DNA from: Ophelia neglecta
Lineage: Eukaryota
Assembly (NCBI GenBank): GCA_965285935.1
Contig: OZ260664.1
Coordinates: 22,506,001-22,570,000 of the forward strand
Length of the DNA: 64,000 bases
Reading direction: 5' to 3'
The notes beneath the pieces were generated by a model. That model was not told the DNA's origin. It searched no databases and saw only the letters and a list, made by a program, of their open reading frames with translations. The position numbers and the translations under genes are program-made. Below, piece by piece: positions 1 to 14,709 of this stretch (position 1 is its first letter; each line of letters opens with the position of its first letter).

Positions 1-3000
1 AAGCAATTGAATTCGCAAGCTTGGCATGCGGCACCACATAACATATAAGAAAGTGGAAAACAAACTTGAAAGGCCGCCAAGTTGTCAATTCAAGGCTCTA
101 TAAGTGTGAGAGACACTTAGTGAAAATTTAATAGTGTGGCACACGGAAATAGCATTACAGATTTGTGACATCTGTAAGAAAAGCACTTTAAGCCAATTAT
201 TGGCAAGAAGCTTTACTAAGCATTTTTGCTGTAGGCATTACAAACGTTCCCTTCATTCAATTTATGTAATTAACACAAAGCAAAGTTGCCGATAACCAAT
301 AGACTGTTTTGACATGCTATATGAGTGTCTATATATATATAGCTCCCACAAATTATTTCAATAAGGATTCTCGGTAGAAAACTATTTAGACTCGATACAA
401 GCAATCGTTTTGGGATATTACTGATATTTGTTTACTCGGGAATACACACATGGACCTATATTGTATGAACAACTATTTAAAACTACTTCATATACCTGCT
501 TAAATTTCATATTTATTTGTTGTTTCTTTCGTAAGTTTACTGCGCTGGAGGCAAATATATGCCTAAGAAGAACATACAATGTTTAAAACTTACATCAGGC
601 ATACCAAAAGATATCATGCCTCAAGAGAATTACGTGCTTGACCCAATGTTTTGAAGTTTCAATAGTGCCAAGTGATTATTATTTTAATTACCCAAATAGG
701 TAACTAGTAGTTTTTTACCGGTTAAAACGTCGATGCCAGGGCAATCCAACAAAGTTATTTCTAAATCAGCCTTCTTATCTACACAGTTTTACAAGATTTG
801 AGTCAGATGAAAACAATTCGCTGGTTAACATATGACGAAGCATTACAAATTAGCGGCGTATACGATTAATTAGAGAATAAATGTGTTAATACACATGAAG
901 TTGTCTTCTAAACTTAAACACACGTAAAATGGAGTATTATAAATGTCCTGCATGTACGTTCTGGAAGCTTCTTGTGACTTGAAGCTTTTACTTCAAAGCA
1001 CTCTCCATAAATTCCATGTACTATTAAGCTCCTCTTATGCAACACCCCTTCGCAAAAAGCCCAACCATTTCCCATGATGAGCGTGAAATTATCATGTGCC
1101 ATGTATACTGCTTCGGTCTTTTGGCCATGAATAAGCGCGTTTTGTTCATGTGCATTTGCAACAGCCTGCGAGCCTGTGACTTCAGAAAATTCACTTCGGA
1201 CTTCAGCATATTTTCATCCTTTGGCGCCAACATTGCACTATAGACTATATGCAAAAGACAATTATTTTCGAGGATTCAGTGCATACCGGAACAAATGTCA
1301 TTTTCAAAATGAATTTGCCTGGTCAAATGCGTATTCCTATAAGGATTTGAAAGCGTTAAAAGTAATGTGAGTGCATTGGTTCAATGTGTGGTCATTGCCT
1401 GTGTCTGTTGACAGCTAGAGTTCTGGCCACCTGCTGATCAACTCGGTGTGCAGTGCTCGATGGCAGCTTGACCAATGTCTTCCCTAAAGACCACGGTCCG
1501 CTCACCAGCTTCATGCATCACCAGTCCGCCTGCACGGATAGCTGGCTTGGTCGTCTAAGCTTGTCTCATCCTATCACCGACGGTCGAGGCAACACTCTGA
1601 ATTCCAACCCTACCATTGAGTTTATTTAAAGCTTGTAAATAATGATAAATTTGCGTACTGTATTTCCGTGGCGTTCGATTTCACTTGTCTATGTGGAAAC
1701 GCATTCTTTACTATAAAATTTACGATTTACGGCCTAACATTTTCTTTCATTTCTACAATCACTAATCCATCTATGTATAATTGTCTAGATCTTTATTAGT
1801 GACTCAACTGTGGCGTAGCATACAATTACTAGTTGGGTCTAATGAGTATATCTATTATATTTAAACGATAATATTTGACATATAAGGCAACTGCTTTTAA
1901 TTATTAACTGCTGATTAATTGTCAGCATAAATCACTATGATAGATACCACGCAATTTGATAAATGAAACTAGTCGAATGGCAAATGAAAAACTGTCAAGT
2001 TGGTGGCGGTCCTGCAATTATTTTGAGTGGGCATGAATATTTTGAATATTTTCGGGAATCCTGTGCAATGAAAAAAGGTAAACTTGCGCGGCCAGGTCAG
2101 CACGGGGCCACTGACGATTTCAACAAGGCATCCTTTTTTAGCATGCAATCAATTTTAGGAACATTTGCTTATATTATATATTTCACTTGATCACAATTTC
2201 GTTTTCATCTGCAGTGACTTAAATGAAATGAAATAATAGCCACTATATCCTTTGCCGATAGCGAAACACCAAATCCAAATATGCTAAGACATTGAGTCTC
2301 CGAGGAGGCTCAAAGGTACTTTGCATAAAGGAGCACCGACCACTTTTTTATGTTCTAAACTAAACCCGGTTTTTATAATAGGTGTACAGGTATGCAAAAA
2401 ACTTAAGTGGTTTGTGGTGCATTCATGGATTATGCTTTGTAACGATACTATAGTGTAAAACAGTTCCACAGTATACATCCCAAGAAAAGGGATTTTTTAA
2501 TTAGTCAATACCACATACATTACCATCAGTTTATATGAAAGGCTTCTTCTTCTTCATTTACTTGATTGCCTTGGAGCCAGGGGTTTCGCAGTTGCAAGTA
2601 TATTGGCTATTTTATATGCTTCTATCTTATAAATGTACTCAGAAGGTTCTGAATCACCCACTGCTGTACGACCCGATGTCTTAAATGTTTCTCATTTGCT
2701 AATGTATGAATTGATCGCTTGTGTCAAAATATAAAACAAGCAAGAAAGTGAACAACCTATGACCATCTTGTTAGATGCCCTACGAGAGTCTGCCATGCAA
2801 TAAGACCTCGAAACATTGTGGCACATTCAACATGCAGGTGTCATAACGCTGGGTCAGTATTTGAACACGAGACCAAAGATGGGTGTATTCTATCCCTTTA
2901 TACAATGAGGAAAATGGTATGAAATCTAAACAATAGTACTTTATCATGTTACTTGTGTAAAGTAACCAGTTCCGTTTTTATTGACGACGTGTATCTGCAA

Positions 3001-6000
3001 TGTGAGATATCAAATCTGTATGAAGCAGCTGCACTTGCCCCCTAGCCTTAGATAAGCGGAAAAGATCACTCAAAGCTATTGCAGTATTTTGCTGCGTCAG
3101 TGTTAAAACAACTTACACATGAGCAGAGCCATCGATCGTAATTCGACTTTTCTCGAGCCTGATGAAATCCAAGTAATAGCAAGTTTGCTATTAGAGAACC
3201 AAATCTTTTCTTCTGGCAACACCTTAAGCAGGAGTGAATGACGAGGCAAAATCATTGATCCCCAATAGTCCACATAACCGGTTGGCAGAAAGACTATAGC
3301 TTTGAAATATATGTTCGTTTCTAAAGAAAAATATGATTTAATAATAACAAACCCCGGGGCTGTCATTGGTATCTTTCAGTTTTAAAATGTTCAATCAATG
3401 AGACACTTACTGAGTGTTTTGTTATTGAATGAAAACAAATAATCTACTTATTTTCTGAATTGAGGATGACACGTCACTTCTCAAGCCAATATATCGTATA
3501 GTAAATCTTTTCCATAGGAGAACATATATAAACCCGCGACCAAACAGAAACACGGGAGTGGCTACCCAGCAGAGCTAGTCCTCATTGGCAAAACACTTCC
3601 ATCCACACCGGGACAACATTGTTGGTGATGATGACGTCAAGTAGGTCGATAAACTGAGGTGCAATTCAAATGTGTTCGAAAATTCATTATGTATTCACCA
3701 AATAGGTCCAGATATAGGTACGATTCTTCGTAAATTAGCTATCGAACGATTTTTGGCGTTCATGCTGTCACATCTTTGAAATATTTTTCTCCTAACACGC
3801 TAATAAACTTTTTGGGAGATGCGTTCAGGTGTTTGTTGCCTCTAGCATAAAGCAGGTGATGACTCATTTGAACCGATTTAAAGGCCTCTACATCATTAAT
3901 GATTTTCTACGCGGAATCCAATCTCGTTTTTTGTTGTTGTTCGAATTCAATGGCCGACATGGGAAATTATTTCCTAGCCGGATTAAAAGCCTTGCGCGGT
4001 CCTCTTTTGATTATACACCCTCATTCAATGTTCGTCTAGCCAATTTCTAAAGAAGATATCATGGTATTCATTTATTTCATAAATATATTTTTTTCTAGTT
4101 GGTCAATGTTTTTGAAATATATATTCTTCTCTAAAGCATTACCATTCTTTGTTTTTCAGAATACATATAATTTATATTAATTTGAGAAAGAGGAATTCTA
4201 AAAGTTTTGGTAGTTAAAAACAAAAGAGAAAACATATATGGCGCATTTCGTAGCATATATTTCTATTATTTGTTTATAACATTACCGCCAGCTCATAACG
4301 AATTTCCTTCGGCAATATACCTGTAAACAAAACATGACTTTCTGCCATTTAATCCATACGCTCTGCCATAATCTAACAAAACAATGAAAAGAAAAAAAAG
4401 GAATTTGTGACTTATATGGTTAGCATATTTAAACCGAGAGGAATAGTGATTCTGTTCGTTTCCCTTGCATTTCCATGGTCATTTTAAACAACCTGTCAAG
4501 CTATGGCTATTTCACACTTACTACACCTGCATTTGACTGTACATAACTGAATGCGCCACAGCCAGTCTACCGACTCAGCAAGGTTCTACATCATAAAACG
4601 ACAAATGGTATTACACAGTGCTCCTGCTCGCTTACAAATGTACTTTCTGAGACAGCTTGGTGTTTAATTCCCGTAGTTAGAGACACTATGGACTTGGCGA
4701 ACTTCGCACACACTCAGGGTTGAACTTATTTCTTAAATAGGATACTGTTTAATAAATGTTAGCAATGGAAAAAGCGATCGAGGCTATCTCCTAGGGAGTG
4801 CACCCAAATATTTCGAGACACATTTTGGTCGTGGTATGTAGTGACGTATTTCAGCAATCTACTGATAACCAACTGCGCTCCTTTCGTTGCAAATGGGTAG
4901 CTATTCACAAGGGTATCACTAGTTGTTTCAACAACATATCACATCTAGTTCCAATGTAAGTTTTCCTCTATCTGTGCATATATGTCTTTACCAATATAGA
5001 AATAATAGATAACAACAGGCCTTATAGAATCGATTATTTGTACAAGAAAATGTCATCTAATTGTATGCTGTGGTAATTTGTACTTAACCATTCTTTATTT
5101 ACTCCCTTGCCAATTAAAGCGTTAGTGACAAAAACTCCTAGATATCTTCTGCGTTATATTTAGGTAACCGAATGACCGAGTTGATGCCTATTTGCTCGCT
5201 CTCAAGGTGGGAATATTTTTCAGGCGGTTAATTAAGATTATGAAGATCATTTCTGTTAATTACCTGAAGTGACTTCCTAAAGTTGTTTTTTTAGTTTTCT
5301 TTTTTTTTATTATATATATTTTTATTCTAGGTAATTTTTGTTCATAGTGCACAAGATATTCAAGTTTATCAAAGTTCATAATACAAACAGAATCAGAGTG
5401 AAAAATAATAGTTATGCTAAGCAAAAATTTACTAATAATAAAGATAAAACTGCATGCTTCTATTGGAAATATTATATATTACTCGATATTGTACTTTAAT
5501 TACGAAAGAGACGTTATTGGCTAGCCCTATGTACGGACATAATATGGTGCTAGCCAGATTGAATTAATATATAAAGCACACACACACAAATGATTCCGGA
5601 AATAATAAGACGAGGTACATCAGAATATGTCTGGTGCTCGTGTTAAAGAGGAGATGAGGGCATAAGCAAAGCTGCTTATATACCCTGATAGAAAAGACAT
5701 TATTAAATACTTGATAGAAATGCAGCGCAGGTGCAAGTGTGCATGAATGGCCCGAGATATTGAGCGTTCTGATGCGAAACAAGGTTAACTTATCTTGACA
5801 ATGACCAGAGATTTATACAAATCAACTTCCTATTGGCATCAATCGAAGGGAAATCTTTAGTGAGTGCCCAACTCCAAACCGCGTCTCCATGCATGTTATA
5901 CATTCTAAGATGTTAAGCAAAGCATGCGAAAAAGATGAAAATAAACAATTCGTTATTTGCCGAACTTCGGACACTCAAGTGCCCCTAACACAACTGAACA

Positions 6001-9000
6001 AACAAGTTCGGACAGTAAGCTGATAAGCCAGAAGAGTCGGTGCAGAAGCCACCCCCCCCCCCCCCGGTCCCTGCGTGGAACATTTACTCTTCATCCTTCC
6101 AACTCACACATGATGATGGGCAATACAGTATTTCATAAGAGGCTTCTTGTGATATAATCAACGAGTCTGTCATAGCGTTTACTGAGCCTTACTTCTGTCA
6201 ATCGTCTGCAGAATTGTGCGCCTGCATTTTTTATCCGCCATCTTACAGAATCAGCACTTTCATTTGCCTTAAGTGGTAATACTGGGTTAACGAGCTTTCT
6301 AAAATGGTGCAGTGCACATTCAGACGTTGAATTGACAAAACTGCCCAGATTGGCATGCCTTTTAATCGAGTTTCAACGACCCCCTCCCCATCCTTGATTT
6401 ACCAACTTACAGCTGAATGCAAGAAAAGGAAGCTTGAGACGAAGAAATCTTAAGACTGGGGCTTTAACGTAAATCCGACTACCAACTACTTGAGTTTCGG
6501 TGTAATGAGAACAGCTTCTATCTGTATAATTTATACTGTCAACGTACAGCTAGTGAGATATGAGAATTTCCAAGGGTATGAAACACGTAGTAAATAAATA
6601 GAATTATACGTTTAAGGTGCTAAAGTTCGGTAGGCAGAGTCACAATAACATTGTGTTGAAATTTTACATGTGAAATACCATAAGTGTACAATAATTGGAT
6701 GTCATGCCAGCCTTTTCTATTTTGTATTATATTTTTGTCTCCGTTGGTTTACATGTTTTCCTGTTTAGCGATTAGAATAGCTTTGTTGTTGACTTCAAAA
6801 GGAAAGTTAACAAACATAGCATCAGTCTATGGTAATAAGGTAAAAAAAATATCTCAACACATTGGCTAACAAAAATTTGAAATAATGCTTAGTGCGTTTT
6901 CGAAACAATGTGTCCTTTTACATAGGACACATTGGCAGCTCTATCGTCATTTTAAATATCACACTTTTCCATGTCATACACATACACATTTGTAGAAAGC
7001 CCAATCCGATAATTCATTTCGCGCTTTGTACTATCTTTGAGCTTTTGATGACGTTTCAAAAATTCTTGGCTATGGTATGTCCTTTTCAAAGACCAGACAT
7101 GGAAACCACTTCGGCTTTCTATACTCTGTGAATAAACACGCTTCCTCAAACAGCGACTGTATATTAATCAACTAAACTTTAGTTATATCCGTCATTATTG
7201 TTTGAATATTGAAGTTTTTGGACACTGACCAATTGGTCTGTGATCTCGTCTGAATTATTTAACCAAGTCATGTTCCCTGGAATCCAGCAGTTACATTTTA
7301 GTTTGTACCAGGGTCAGTCCTAGACAATGAAAAGATTTAAAAGAGAAAGAACTCTTTGTTAATTGTTAGCACAACCTTTGCAATGAACAAATATAAAACC
7401 TATACTTGTACTGTTAACACACTTCGTTCTACTGATTCCTTTTTTTTATTCTGTAAAAGTAAAGGCAACGCACCCTAGGAATAGTTTGAAAGAATGATCT
7501 TTTTCAATCACTTAATTCTTCTACATGACGGGCGGTAATGTTAAGGGTGAATATGACTTAAGCCCATCAAGGCAACACAATTCAAATATACAATTCATTA
7601 CCCTTAATTTGTTGCCACATTTATATATACTTTACAACTGGGAACAAACGTTTCTGCATGGCTTTTATATTTACAACGGAAAACAGCCCTGTCCGTTATA
7701 TTTTAGATAGCTAAACTTTGGGAGAGAGTTTAACTTCTATTACTACGGCACAGAAAGCGGAAACATGTACAAACGTCACATGGATTGTGAATTGAAAAAA
7801 TTAAAACTATAACCCGGAAATCAGTTCAAATAGAATTCTTTGTGATTGTGCACTTGTGTGTGTTTGTGTGATAATGTTCAGGTAGTCGTGTACTGCAAGT
7901 CATGCATTAGAACAAAAAGTTTTGCTGTGGAGGGTTGGATCATTTCAGCTACAAATTAACACCTACCTTGTTTGGAAAACATTACTTCTCAATTCTACAA
8001 CCTGCGTATACTTGGCTTATGGCGTTTACTTACACTTGGCATTGGTGTGCTTGTGCACCGGTTGTTATGTGTATACAAATGTGTTGGTGTACCGTGAAAT
8101 CCAAGTTGCTATATACATTCAGATGTGTTATTTTAGCCAGTTTTATTTATTTTTGCTTCAACATGTTAATGAATCAGGTTAATGATGTTTTAGTTGAACA
8201 ACAACAATTTTCTGTTACATAAAAACACCATTTTAGATTCAGCTTGCGGACCTTAGACTTAAAGCAATAAACCGGCAGGGTTAATAGGCTTTTTACCCTA
8301 CAAAAACAAGTTATATTATACTTACTTCTCATAAGTACTTCTCTAGGAAAGGAGTATACGGAAGGCCATAATTGCCTCGGAAAGGTAATTGATCGAAAAA
8401 TAAGGGAATAACAATGGGATGCGATATCTGTATTCTGTAACATATGTAGGCGGCCTTTTATTTTGAACCAAGCAATAGATCTGGACAGACAAAAGTGCAT
8501 CTGATAGTTTCCATTACTCATGTCTAGGCAGCTGCATTTTTGTCCCTGTTTAAATTTGAAATGTCAATAACACCTTCCCGAAGACTTACCCCCTTACATA
8601 ATAGCTTCAATAGTCAGTCCCTCCATTATGCCCAAACGTTAACAGTGATGGTGTTTCAAATTTCTTTAGTTAAACCCAAATTCTTAAAGCATTATTTTCT
8701 ATTTCAAATGCATCCTTCATTTTAGGGAGACCAATTTTTTAACATTATTCCATTTAAAAAAATGATCTAAATCTATTATATTATGTGACTTGCGGTTTGG
8801 TGAGTGTACAATTAGTCAGTAAACAAATGTGATAATATGGCGCCTATTATACGTGCTAGCATCCTATGTACTTGTATATGAATTACTTGAATATGGATAG
8901 GATGTCTAAACGGAGGAATCAAGACGGATAAGTAACTGAAGTTTATAACCTGCGTTTTGTATTTTGTGTACTTTGAGTTTACCATCACATCTGCATACAA

Positions 9001-10248
9001 AATGAAGAAACTGTAAGAGGCACCACATGTTAATAGGCATTCCAAGCGCATGCGGTACTCGAATCTACTTTTGTTTCGCATACTGAGCATATTTGATTGC
9101 AGCCAATGAGGGCGTGTCGGCATACTATATAGTCAATTACCTGGGAAACGTTTCTAGAGGTATGGAATTTAATTAATAACCCACTATCCTTCGACAATCC
9201 AAAGCCGAACACACCTGTTAAAAAATTATCTGAGCTCACGATGCATAGATTGATTTGTTAAGATATTTCTATTTACTCCCACATCTTTCTTTTTTTCTTT
9301 TTATTTATTTTTATTGTTGCTTTACCACGGTGAACGTCACGTATCCAGAAAGTAATGTCCTCAGCGTTGTTCTTACGAGATGTCACCAGATTAGTGGTTA
9401 ATTCATGTAAAGAGCCTAGCTCATGTGGTAAAGTATCTTCGTCACCAGCTAACACTATAGACCCGTGACTAAACTGAGACAGCAGTCTGCTCAGTCATCA
9501 CGATATACGGCGATTGCATTATTTATGACATTGTGTGAGCTGAAGTATTTAGACTACTACTTATTTCAGAGCAGAAACCGCCTGATTGCTGTCTCCTTTT
9601 CTGTATATATTGCTGTGTTTTGCTGAAACTTTTGGTATTTTGAAAATGGTTGGAAATAGATCGTACCCTTGTTCTTCTGTGACAACATCACGCTGCAATA
9701 GGTCCAATAAACTGACTTCTTGTGTCTACTTTATTGCTGATAAGGGCAATCATATACACTGAGAAATTGACATAGTCCATCCCCCAAATGTATTGTTGTA
9801 TAAAAGAGGAATTAGAACAGAAATAAAGAAATTTATCATTTGAATAGTGGAAACCTTCTCAATACTCAAAAACATGCATGGTCTTTACTGGTTGTTATGA
9901 TGTGAATGATATGAGAGACAAAGGTGTGTGTTTGAAACTAGCTGTCGATGTTGCCTAGACAAGTGCATAATTCGTTCTCCTTTGTTTGTTGGCAACTGTT
10001 AATTTGGTTTCGATATTATCAATTTTTCACTTGCCAATGAAAACTATTCATATGTCTTTTAAAAGTAGAATATAGACTTATGAAATACAATAACATCATC
10101 GATTGTAAATTATGGCATTTCCTAGTATTGTTATATAGGTTAACACAGCTCAATTTCATCAACTGAACAAAACTCTTGTAATTCTTGGGATTTATATTCG
10201 CTTCCTGAAATTATACCTTCATAAGTTTTCATTCCCGAATTAGCGCTT

Positions 10249-10670
10249 GAGCATTTATCACTATAACACCCTGACATATTACTAGGCTGCTCATCGCTTG
10301 CTTCAAAGGTCTGACAACATAGCTTGAGTGCTTATAACTTGAAAGCAGACTTTGAGTGTTTGCGACCCTGATGGCCTACCATAAGACGTTTATTGTGTAT
10401 CACTCAGATAAGCTGACATCAGACCCTAGATGTTTATCACTCAAATGGTCTGACAGCAGGCCATGAGTGTTCATCGCTCTGATATCTTGACTTCAGACAG
10501 TGAATGTCTCCGACAGCCTGACTTCAGAACTTGTGTGTTAGGCATTCTGATAGCCTGCCATCAGACCAAGAGGGTTTATCACTCCAATACCCCAATATCA
10601 GACGTTGAACGTACATTCTTCTGATAAACTGAAATCAGATGTTCAGCATTTGTTACTCAGTTGGCATCAT
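10249..10670. repeat. Degenerate 37-bp tandem minisatellite, roughly 11 units
   Basis: tatcac/catcgc anchors at 10398, 10435 and 10472 (37-bp period). Eye-derived consensus GAGTGTTTATCACTCTGATAGCCTGACATCAGACCTT. Confidence 0.75.
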
Positions 10671-10860
10671 GCCCAGAACGTTTCTGCCGTGATACCTGTT
10701 TTAAAACCATCATTATTCCTGCAATAAAAACGTTTCCGAATAGATGATATGTCATATGAAATGAGATGAAGAAGACTTACCTTATTCTTTTCTCTTCAAA
10801 ATACAATTGACCTTCCTACGCACTTGTGGGATCTCACTTAGTTTCTATTTTCTGATAGCT

Positions 10861-10975
10861 ACCATACAACTGTTGTCTGCATTGAAGGAAAAGAGGATTC
10901 CATCGGAGAGTCAGAACTACATACCTGTGACATTTAAGTCAATTGCTTGTCCGGATTTCATAGAGGGTCCTGCTT
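10861..10975 (+). mobile_element. Short LINE RT (domain 1) remnant
   Basis: LKEKRIPSESQNYIPVTFKSIACPDFIE resembles FKKG...NYRPVSLTSIACK..E. Confidence 0.35.
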
Positions 10976-13900
10976 AATGCAGATGGCCGCCAGCAAGGAA
11001 TGGCACCTTCCCTTTGACAAAGTCGAATATAAAGGCAATGCCAGCGTTTGAAGGCAACTCCAATGAAGGAGCGCAAGGCACTTGTGTAAACTCCGCTACT
11101 GTTGAGTGCATGACTAATTCAAACTAGACACGCAGCTTCTTCTTAGCGGAACATCTTCAAGAAGTTTCAGTGAATTTTTTTTATTTTTCAAAACCGTGTG
11201 GGTAAATATTCTGACGGTTAAAATGATGACAAGAACTTGGCACAACACATTATATGTTTTCTCATACTAGCTTACTTGTATGCTCAGTTGGCCAAGTTGA
11301 GTTCGTTCAGTGAACATGGAAGTATCACTATAAATGTGTATTTGACAAAGGAGAAGAACACCCTGAATCGGTTTAACAAAAAGAAAGATTCCTAACGGCG
11401 ACTGCTAAGAGAAATTTCACGTTTGCACACGAGACTAAGTTACGTCAAATAATTTTTAAGGCCTTCACAATTTAGGAAGAGAGGGGATCATTCAGTGTGC
11501 AAAGGTTAATTGCTCTACGTACAGTACAGTAGTCTATTGCCATTTTGCTCGCATGCGACAAAAAATAATTTCATCACCGGCGAAAATCACACTGATTTTA
11601 CCCAGACCTGGTGGAGGGTTGTATATCACTGGTCGTTTCTACTAAACTTTCATAAGCCATTTACTTCGAACGTGATACGAAACTGGAGCAGTTCAAGGGA
11701 GAGTCGTCACTTATATATTGACTCTCCTTACGTGTCTTAAATGAGTATTTTTAAAAATTATAAAAATACTGACATATAACAAAAACAGCATTAAAAAAAG
11801 TCACTTATAGGACTAACTAAAATAAAACTATTACTGATAACTACCAAACCTTAGCTCATTTAAGAAAACTGCCAATATGGATATGAATAAGCGCACGAAC
11901 ACATCATAATGACATTCAGCTGGTAATTATTTGAACACGCAATTTGCGGTCGGTTTAATGGGTATTCAACAAATATTAATTTCATTTGCTTATATTTGAA
12001 ATGAGGACACTTTCTCCCATTTATTCGGCAACTTTTCAAACTAGTATCTGGCTGTTCCTTAATTGACTGAAAGGATCCTGGAAAATGTTTGGTTAAAATT
12101 CAGTTGCATTTTACACTTTAAGTGATGTTTGTTAGCATGAATGTACATTTGTACTTCCACATTTAACGTATGATGTACATCGCCATTTATAAACAAATTA
12201 GTACCATCCTTGTAAATCATTCCGACAGCCATGCTAATAAAGCACGTATGAAGTCAAAAACAGCAACATGTTTCCTGTTTTGAAAACGACCATTTATCTC
12301 TGCTGGCACCATGCATCCGACGAGGCCATTAAATGATAAGAGTATTTTCTGTAGTTGACTTAGTAGACCGTATTCTCGTCTTAAATAAATGTATTTTCAG
12401 ATAAAATATAGTTTGTTATCCGCAAATTGGATTGATTGAGTCCAGGAATTCTTGACGAGTGAGTATGCTCAAGCTGTTTTGGATGAAATGATTGCTTTAA
12501 GGGGTGTCCTATTTAAGAATCCGACGGTCGCCACTTTGGCATGGTTGAGCTTATTTTCATTCAAAAATTTAGAGCGGACCATCGAAGCCCAAAGTGGAAA
12601 TTGTTTGAGGCTCTTTTTGTTATGGTAATTTAGCGCTTTCCAGACAATATTGCTGCGGCAGAATTAGGCTTTTAAGGATATGGGAGACAATTGTGTCGTC
12701 TCTGCTGACAGCAACAAATAGATTTGGATTGACGACCATTGTAGGCTCCCCAAGGGCATATTTTATCTCTTTCATCGCTGATCACTGACTCGTTTGTGTT
12801 GTGTTCTGACCCGCATCATGGACAACTGGTGACTACCTCTCACTGCAAGTGATATCAAATTGATGTTTTCATTTACTATTATTTGCAATACAAGATTATT
12901 TACTAATTGGGAGCTGGAGATTAATTAAGTGATGTGTGTGGGGCTGTGGCGGCTGGTTCTTTATGATTTCAGGGCTATTATCGACTAATCGTTTGGCTTT
13001 GCCTGCCCAGTATCAACTTCGGTGTTTTTAAACTACATGACCTTTTTGGCATTTTTGACCATACCTAGAAACCGGTTTAAACAGTCAAAAGGAAACCTTA
13101 GGTGTCTAGAGTGATACGACTCTGACGCATAAAAAGAGTTCAAATTAAAACTACAATGCCAAAATATAAACTTGACACCCTTTTGACAGAGCAAAAAGAT
13201 TGATTTCCACTTTACGGAACGACAGTAAGAAATATTAGTATAGTCCAGCTTAAGGCGTATAGGCCCCTGTTTGATAAAATATTAAAGCCTGCTTGGATAG
13301 TCTGACGTAAGTAAGCAAAGTCAGAGAAAACTTGCAGGTTATAATCGGCGAGTGCTGTATGTGATTGTGCGTAGCCAATTTACGGAGTCCTATATGGTCG
13401 ACTTAGTTTGAAAAATTCCTTGAGCAGACATTTTGTAGCTATTTTATGACTTGGCAGAAGGCTGCAATCATTCTGACATGTAATAAGGTAGAATGGCTAA
13501 AAACGAAACTGCACAATTTTTGTGAGTGGATCCATATGAGAACAAAACCAAAATTTCAGGCATATTTGACTGGAGAAGGTTTTATTATAATTACGCAGGC
13601 ATGCTAACCCACATATGTGTAATTGTGAGGAAAATGTTTAGTGAATTACATATTGAACAGATATCCATCTAAAGTTGAAGAGATTTTTTCTTAAGTTTCT
13701 GTATACCATTTTTCCTACGTTTGTGAATGGAAGACATTAAATGCCACATGCACTAGTTCCGATATATCCATAGAATCTTATTTAAGTGTGCATCTACATG
13801 ACTAGTTTATCAATTTGTTCAAAATATGGATTGGCAAGTTGGTATATCAGTTAATTCGTTGAGGGGTAACGTTAGTTTGTTTTAAAACGATATTGTCATG

Positions 13901-14709
13901 TGAACCTTCTTATCGGTGATTCGGTAATGTTCTTTTGCATCTGGCATAATTTCTATTATGCATTCACTTGTTAGAAACTAAAGCATACATGTTATAACTG
14001 TTCTGTTTTGCGCATTGCATATTAACATTACACTTTAGCCATATCAGATGTTCCACACCAACTTAAATTGGAATGTTATTAAAGATACCGCTTTAACATG
14101 ATACGTTAAAAGATAAACGAATCTTGAAGCAAGTAGGAATTGAGGCAAAATATATATTACTTCGTTATTGGCACACACTTGGGATGCAGTAGTTATGAAA
14201 AATTACATTGAAAGGATGTCATTCACGCCATACGTTTATTTCAACCATATCTAGTCGTGGAAGATATATATACATATATATTGTTTATTTTCAAACACTT
14301 ATTTTGCCTGCGTCTACAGATTCAAGGTCATTATAGTCAAACCAGGACAAACAGAGGTTTCATGGACTATGAGAAATAATAATAGGAATGTTGACACTCG
14401 AGCGCCGACGGGTTAAGGGCGTATTCAAAAGGACTATTGCCTTCGTTCTTTTTTCTTCGGTTCCACTGAGAAGAGAAATAGGATACAACCATGTATAAGT
14501 AAGGTTTATTTGTTCGTCACACGTACAGTATACACACAACTGACATCTGATGGTAAATAAACCCCTGAAATCTCTTGAAAAAGATATTTCTTAGAAAACG
14601 AAAAATTATCATTAAACTGGACGTATATATACACACATGGACATGCTTTCAATTTTCTGAAAAATTGCTCTTGTCATCCAATTTGAACGCCTCGGGCTGC
14701 ATTATTTTA

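Noticed and set aside
914-1254. Overlapping minus-strand ORFs as a coding exon
   Set aside because: No recognisable domain and no convincing splice pair; possibly decayed TE coding sequence.
10249-10670. CRISPR array (37-bp palindromic repeats)
   Set aside because: Units abut with no unique spacers, are highly degenerate, have no cas genes nearby, and the context is eukaryotic.
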